Shown piece after piece: positions 36,201 to 40,522 of a stretch of 40,522 nt of DNA (positions are counted from its first letter, which is position 1; every line of letters begins with the position of its first letter). Location: positions 1 to 40,522 of the forward strand of contig CADBSR010000045.1 in the NCBI GenBank assembly GCA_902797385.1, written 5' to 3'. Source of the DNA: an uncultured Lachnospiraceae bacterium. Lineage in GTDB: Bacteria; Bacillota; Clostridia; Lachnospirales; Lachnospiraceae. The position numbers and the translations under genes are program-made. The notes beneath the pieces are model-generated. The model was not told where the DNA came from. It did no database searches and saw only the letters and a program-made list of their open reading frames with translations.

Positions 36201-36229
36201 TTGACAGAACAAAGGCCGTTTGATAAACT
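36201..36229 (+). promoter_or_regulatory. candidate promoter of the Rhs gene
   Basis: TTGACA (36201-36206), a 17-nt spacer ending in TGa (extended -10), then TAAACT (36224-36229). It lies about 60 nt upstream of ATG 36290. Confidence 0.55.
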
Positions 36230-36289
36230 AAATTCAGAAACCTCGTGTAAGTTACTTATCTGTTCCCATCTTAAAAGGAGGATCGTTTT

Positions 36290-39200
36290 ATGTCTAAGAA
36301 CCATCTTTTCAAGAGTATAGCGATAATTCTTTGCGCTGTTCTATGTGTTAACCTGATTTCCCCTGCTGCAAATGCGGAGGATATTCCGGAGCCGACTACT
36401 GAAGCAGAAAGCGATTCCCCTGAGACAGATGCCAATCCGGAGTATCCGGAAACTCTGTTGCCGGCGTTAAACGCGCCAACCGGGGAGAATCGGAGTGCAA
36501 ATGTTTTTTCGGATATCCCGATTGAACTGAATGATGATACGATCCTGGACGAACTACCCGAAAAACGTGAGATTGGTGCAAAACATTTCCGCCTTTCTGA
36601 CGGGAGCCGGGCAGCTGTCGCTTATGGCTATCCGGTGCATGAAGCGGATGAAAACGGTCAGTTGATCGAAATTGATAACACGCTTCAGCAAACGGAAGCT
36701 GGCGGTCATATAAACTACGTACAAAAAAGCATATCCAGGCAGACGACCTTCTTCGGCAATCCGGAGGACGGTCGTCTGTTTCGTTATGATCTGAAAGACG
36801 GTTCCATGGAGTGGGGGCTTGTATCTGAATCCCTTCAGGTGCCGCAGATCAGCTATGAACCATCCCATGCTGAGAAAGGCAAAGAAAAGCTGGCGACCAA
36901 AGCCCTGAGCGGTCTTCTGACCTATCATGAAATCCTTCCTGCCCTGAACCTGGAATACGGCTTAGTCGGTCATGACTTAAAGGAAAACCTGGTCCTGTTT
37001 TCTCCCGAAGCAGCTGCCGCTAATCCGCAGGGCTTTACCTTCCGCCTGTATCTGGAAAACCGCCGCGCGGAGCAGGCGGATGAAAAGACAATCCGGATCC
37101 TGAATGCTTCCGGCGAGGAAGAGTATATCATTTCCGCTCCTTACATGATGGATGACGCGGGAGAAATCAGCAGTAAGCTACAGCTGCTCCTTGCGGAAAC
37201 CGAGGAAGCAGGAACATACACAGTCAGCCTGATTCCGGATCAGTCCTGGCTGCTTGATGAAGAACGCGCATACCCTGTCAGAATCGATCCCTCCATTGCC
37301 CTCGCTTACAGCGGGTACCATACGCTCCAGAATGCGACGCTTGCGTCTGTGGATCCCAATGCCAACCTGTATAACTATGGCAGCATGTATGTAGGCCGTC
37401 AGGGCAGTATGCAAAACGTACGCGGGGCCTATAAGATCCAAAATCTGCCGGTCTTAAGCGAATCGGACATGATCATCCAGGCTTCGGTCAGCTTTAAGGT
37501 GATGTCCTACAGCCAGATGGGATCTTCTCACAGCGGAACCATGGTTTTAAACATGTTCCCTCTGACCACGGATGTCGCCATATCGGCTCTCAACTGGGGA
37601 AATCTTGCCGGCTATACCGGCGATTATGTCATTGATTCCCAGCGGGTCGAACCAAATGAAGCGGCGAATATCAAGCCGCGCATCACCTGGGATATCACCA
37701 GGGCTGTCAAGACCTGGTATAACGACGGAACCAACTACGGCATGGTCATTGCTTCAGAAAATGAGTCTCCGACAACGATACGTTTTGTGCAGCTGACAAC
37801 TGCCACCAATTCTCAGTATATCAATGAAAACAGCCCGATCTTTACCCTTACCTATCTGAATCAGGAAGGGCTGGAAAGTTATCTCTCCTATCACAGTTCC
37901 GGCTCCGGAACCATGGGTTCTATCCATGTGGGCGACTTTAACGGAAACCTGGTGTATACCTACTCTGATCTGGATATGAGCGGAGCGTATCTGCCCATCA
38001 GCATTTCTCATGTATACAATCACAGCCGAAGAGGCACGTCTGCCCTGGTTGGCAGCGGCATGTATTACGGCAACGGCATGCGCTTAAATCTGTCCATGCG
38101 GATCGAAAGCTGTTCTGTCCAAGGTTACCCTTATCAGTTGACGGATGCGGATGGAACGGTTCACTATTTCTCCTTAAAGAGCGGCACATCCGGCGCAACA
38201 GGCTCCGTTTATGAAAAAGAGTTTGAGACGACTACGACCTTAAGCAAGACCTCCTCCGGTTATACGCTGGATGATGGAGGAACGATCCTGTATTACTTTA
38301 ATACCAGCGGCTACCTGACGCAGATTTCAGATATCACTAACAGCAAAACACAGACATTAACATACACCAGCGGCCTCCTGACAAAGGTGACGGACGGCGC
38401 GGGCCGATACGCGGCTCTTACGTATAACAGCAGCGGATATCTGACTGGGATCACCGACCCGGCCGGCAGAATGACGTCTTACAGCTATGCAAACGGAAAC
38501 CTGACGACGATCACAAGACCGGATGGATTGACGGTTACTCTTACATACACGTTAACAAACAGTACCTACATGCTGACAAAGGTGAAGGACGTCGATAACC
38601 GCAGCATAGGGATCACTTACGATACCCACGCGCCTTACCGCGTTAAGCAGCTATTGGAATACGGGGCGGATAACAGTCAGGGCCAGCGGCTGCAGTGGAC
38701 CTACTCAGAAGGGGAAACAACGATCATCGACCGTCAGGGAAGAAGCGAAACCATGCTCTTTGACAACAGCGGCCACACCGTAGTGACCCGTGACGGAGAA
38801 GGACATGCGGTCTACGGCGGCTACGGTGAAACGGCAGACAACCTAAAGCACTCCCTGCTGTACCTGTCCAAGATGAGGGGGAGCATAAGGAACCTGGCGG
38901 TCAATCATGATTTTGAAGCGAGTGCAACCAGTCCGTGGACGGCCTTTGCTAATGGGGAAGGTAGTATCACTTTAGACACTGCAACAGTCAGGGAAGGACA
39001 AAAGAGTTTAAAAATCATCAGCACTAACAGCAACTCTCTTACATATGGTACGTGCCAGCAGATTTCAATTCCGGGTGTGGCCGGAAAGACCTATACTCTT
39101 TCCGGCTATGTGTACTTCAGCAATTATAATCCAACATCTACGGTAGGGTTTAAACTGGGCTTCAGTTATCTCAATACATCCAACAGCTGGCAGAATATCT

Positions 39201-40522
39201 ATGGTCCTATTGTCCCGGCCCAAAATGGATGGACCCGATTCTCCATGACGTATACAGTCCCGACAAGCATCGGTCAGGAGAAGCTCCGTGTCTTTTTCCT
39301 GATGGGAGGAACAGGAACCTGCTATCTGGATTCCGTTCAATTGGTTGAGGGCTCCGTCTCCGAATCCTACAACATGCTGGAAAACGGACATTTCAGCGAT
39401 GCCACCGGAACTACCTCTCCCAGCAAGTGGACAGTCATTTCTTCCGGGACGGGTGATGGCGTAACGACCGGTCGTGGTGGAAACGGCTACGGCTTAAACG
39501 GAGAGGCACTGGTAGAAAAAGGAATCTATCAGGTCATTCCGGTGAAGAACGGCCTGGCCGGCGATAACTATGTCTTCGGTGCCTGGGCAAAGGCAGAGTC
39601 TATTCCACGGATCGGCCTTTTTAAGAATGACAGCCGCGACTTTGCCGTACGGATCCGCTTTATCAAGAGCAACAACACGTATGAAGAGAGCGTCTTTAAT
39701 TTCGAGGCAAAAACACCGAACTGGCAGTATCTGTCCGGCTCGGTGGCAGCGCCATGTGCCTACGTCAGTATCCAGTATGCTCTCATTTACAACAATCAAA
39801 AGAACCCGGTCGTCTTTGATGATGCGGAACTTTACCGGGAACGTTTCGGCGACCGGCTGGAGTATGATACATATGGGCGGATCACCTCCCGCACGGATCC
39901 GGATGGTCTTACAACGACATACGAGTATCAGTGGGCCGGCCGGCCGGAGATCAAAAAAGTCACTTTCCCGGACGGTACCAGCACGACTTACAGTTACAAC
40001 AGTAGCAACCGCCGGCTTCTGACGGTCACCGACGCCAGCGGAAAGGTACTGACCTACAGTTATGATACGAACGGCAACGCTACCTCCGTCAGCACTACCG
40101 TGGGTGGCCAGACCTTAAGCAGCGGAACAACCGCTTACAGCGGCAGCTACGTCAGCAGCGTAACAGATCCCTTCGGAAACGTTACGAGCTTTGCTTACAC
40201 GCAGAACAAAGGCCTTCTGACAACGGTCACGAATGCCAAGAGCGTAGCGACCAGCTATACCTACAACGCGAACAATGACCAGCTGACACAGGTGCAGACC
40301 GGCTCCAGCCAGGTGCAGTACGGGTATACGAATACCCGTCTGGTCTCGCTGACGCACAACACGTCCACGTCCACTTCCTGCAACGTCGTTTATAACCTCA
40401 GCTATAACACCTTCGGCACGCAGACAGCCATTAAGGTCGGAACGCAAAACCTGGCTTCCTATACCTATGCCGCAAACAACGGAGAACTCACCCGGACCAC
40501 CTACGGCAACGGACAGTATTCC
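36290..40522 (+). CDS. Rhs/YD-repeat polymorphic-toxin family protein with Sec signal peptide (3' end outside window)
   Basis: This gene is not in the supplied ORF track because it has no stop in the window. AAAGGAGG lies 7 nt upstream of ATG 36290, and my own translation gives 1411 codons open to base 40522. The signal peptide is MSKNHLFKSIAIILCAVLCVNLISPAANA|ED. A DNRLRE-like lectin region spans about 37283-37870 (...ITWDITRAVKTWYNDGTNYGMVI...). Many YD repeats follow, e.g. LTYTSGLLTKVTDGAGRYAALTYNSSGYLTGITDPAGRMTSYSYANGNLTTITRPDG, YDTYGRITSRTDPDGLTTTYEY and YSYDTNGNATSV. Confidence 0.85.
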   Translation, partial: MSKNHLFKSIAIILCAVLCVNLISPAANAEDIPEPTTEAESDSPETDANPEYPETLLPALNAPTGENRSANVFSDIPIELNDDTILDELPEKREIGAKHFRLSDGSRAAVAYGYPVHEADENGQLIEIDNTLQQTEAGGHINYVQKSISRQTTFFGNPEDGRLFRYDLKDGSMEWGLVSESLQVPQISYEPSHAEKGKEKLATKALSGLLTYHEILPALNLEYGLVGHDLKENLVLFSPEAAAANPQGFTFRLYLENRRAEQADEKTIRILNASGEEEYIISAPYMMDDAGEISSKLQLLLAETEEAGTYTVSLIPDQSWLLDEERAYPVRIDPSIALAYSGYHTLQNATLASVDPNANLYNYGSMYVGRQGSMQNVRGAYKIQNLPVLSESDMIIQASVSFKVMSYSQMGSSHSGTMVLNMFPLTTDVAISALNWGNLAGYTGDYVIDSQRVEPNEAANIKPRITWDITRAVKTWYNDGTNYGMVIASENESPTTIRFVQLTTATNSQYINENSPIFTLTYLNQEGLESYLSYHSSGSGTMGSIHVGDFNGNLVYTYSDLDMSGAYLPISISHVYNHSRRGTSALVGSGMYYGNGMRLNLSMRIESCSVQGYPYQLTDADGTVHYFSLKSGTSGATGSVYEKEFETTTTLSKTSSGYTLDDGGTILYYFNTSGYLTQISDITNSKTQTLTYTSGLLTKVTDGAGRYAALTYNSSGYLTGITDPAGRMTSYSYANGNLTTITRPDGLTVTLTYTLTNSTYMLTKVKDVDNRSIGITYDTHAPYRVKQLLEYGADNSQGQRLQWTYSEGETTIIDRQGRSETMLFDNSGHTVVTRDGEGHAVYGGYGETADNLKHSLLYLSKMRGSIRNLAVNHDFEASATSPWTAFANGEGSITLDTATVREGQKSLKIISTNSNSLTYGTCQQISIPGVAGKTYTLSGYVYFSNYNPTSTVGFKLGFSYLNTSNSWQNIYGPIVPAQNGWTRFSMTYTVPTSIGQEKLRVFFLMGGTGTCYLDSVQLVEGSVSESYNMLENGHFSDATGTTSPSKWTVISSGTGDGVTTGRGGNGYGLNGEALVEKGIYQVIPVKNGLAGDNYVFGAWAKAESIPRIGLFKNDSRDFAVRIRFIKSNNTYEESVFNFEAKTPNWQYLSGSVAAPCAYVSIQYALIYNNQKNPVVFDDAELYRERFGDRLEYDTYGRITSRTDPDGLTTTYEYQWAGRPEIKKVTFPDGTSTTYSYNSSNRRLLTVTDASGKVLTYSYDTNGNATSVSTTVGGQTLSSGTTAYSGSYVSSVTDPFGNVTSFAYTQNKGLLTTVTNAKSVATSYTYNANNDQLTQVQTGSSQVQYGYTNTRLVSLTHNTSTSTSCNVVYNLSYNTFGTQTAIKVGTQNLASYTYAANNGELTRTTYGNGQYS

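Noticed and set aside
36014-36304. 96-aa minus-strand ORF in the A/T-rich spacer.
   Set aside because: It overlaps the Rhs promoter, SD and start codon. It is Ile/Leu/Phe/Asn-rich as expected from A/T-rich non-coding DNA, and has no SD.
29600-40522. Integrated mobile element, prophage or ICE explanation for the accessory segment.
   Set aside because: I could recognise no integrase, transposase, relaxase, phage structural gene, tRNA attachment site or flanking direct repeat within the window. The right boundary lies outside the window, so the question remains open.

Overview
This 40.5 kb window comes from a moderately GC-rich Gram-positive anaerobe. It looks Clostridia-like: PFOR, a SpoVK-like AAA+ ATPase, a SleB-like hydrolase, cmk-ispH-rpsA and cysS-mrnC-rlmB blocks, strong SD sites and lipoboxes. 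All family calls come from reading motifs in the translations; no searches were run.

Bases 1-29600 are mostly core genes: the PFOR 3' end, glycerate 2-kinase, a MATE pump, a 1161-aa membrane-anchored PstS-like protein, and a minus-strand ABC(MacB/FtsX)-racemase operon. They continue with two lipoproteins, a SpoVK-like ATPase, a flavoprotein fused in frame to cytidylate kinase, ispH, rpsA, glyQS, a SleB-like hydrolase, cysS, mrnC, rlmB, arcA and tldD/pmbA.

From about 29.6 kb the sequence becomes visibly more A/T-rich and accessory-like. It contains (a) a LexA-box-like operator inside a minus-strand promoter. It also contains (b) a self-contained four-gene cassette: an unplaceable Sec-secreted Tyr/Ser-rich small protein, an acidic probable lipoprotein, and two paralogous fused ATPase-FtsX (MacB-type) ABC proteins. 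Finally (c), a large Sec-signal Rhs/YD-repeat polymorphic-toxin gene starts at 36290 and runs off the window end; it is absent from the ORF track because it has no stop in the window.

The cassette plus the Rhs locus is my best candidate for an undescribed system. Other oddities are a 32-bp-period array of hairpin repeats between convergent genes (7307-7483) and an orphan promoter-terminator unit (about 737-877). I recognised no rRNA, tRNA, CRISPR, transposase or integrase.
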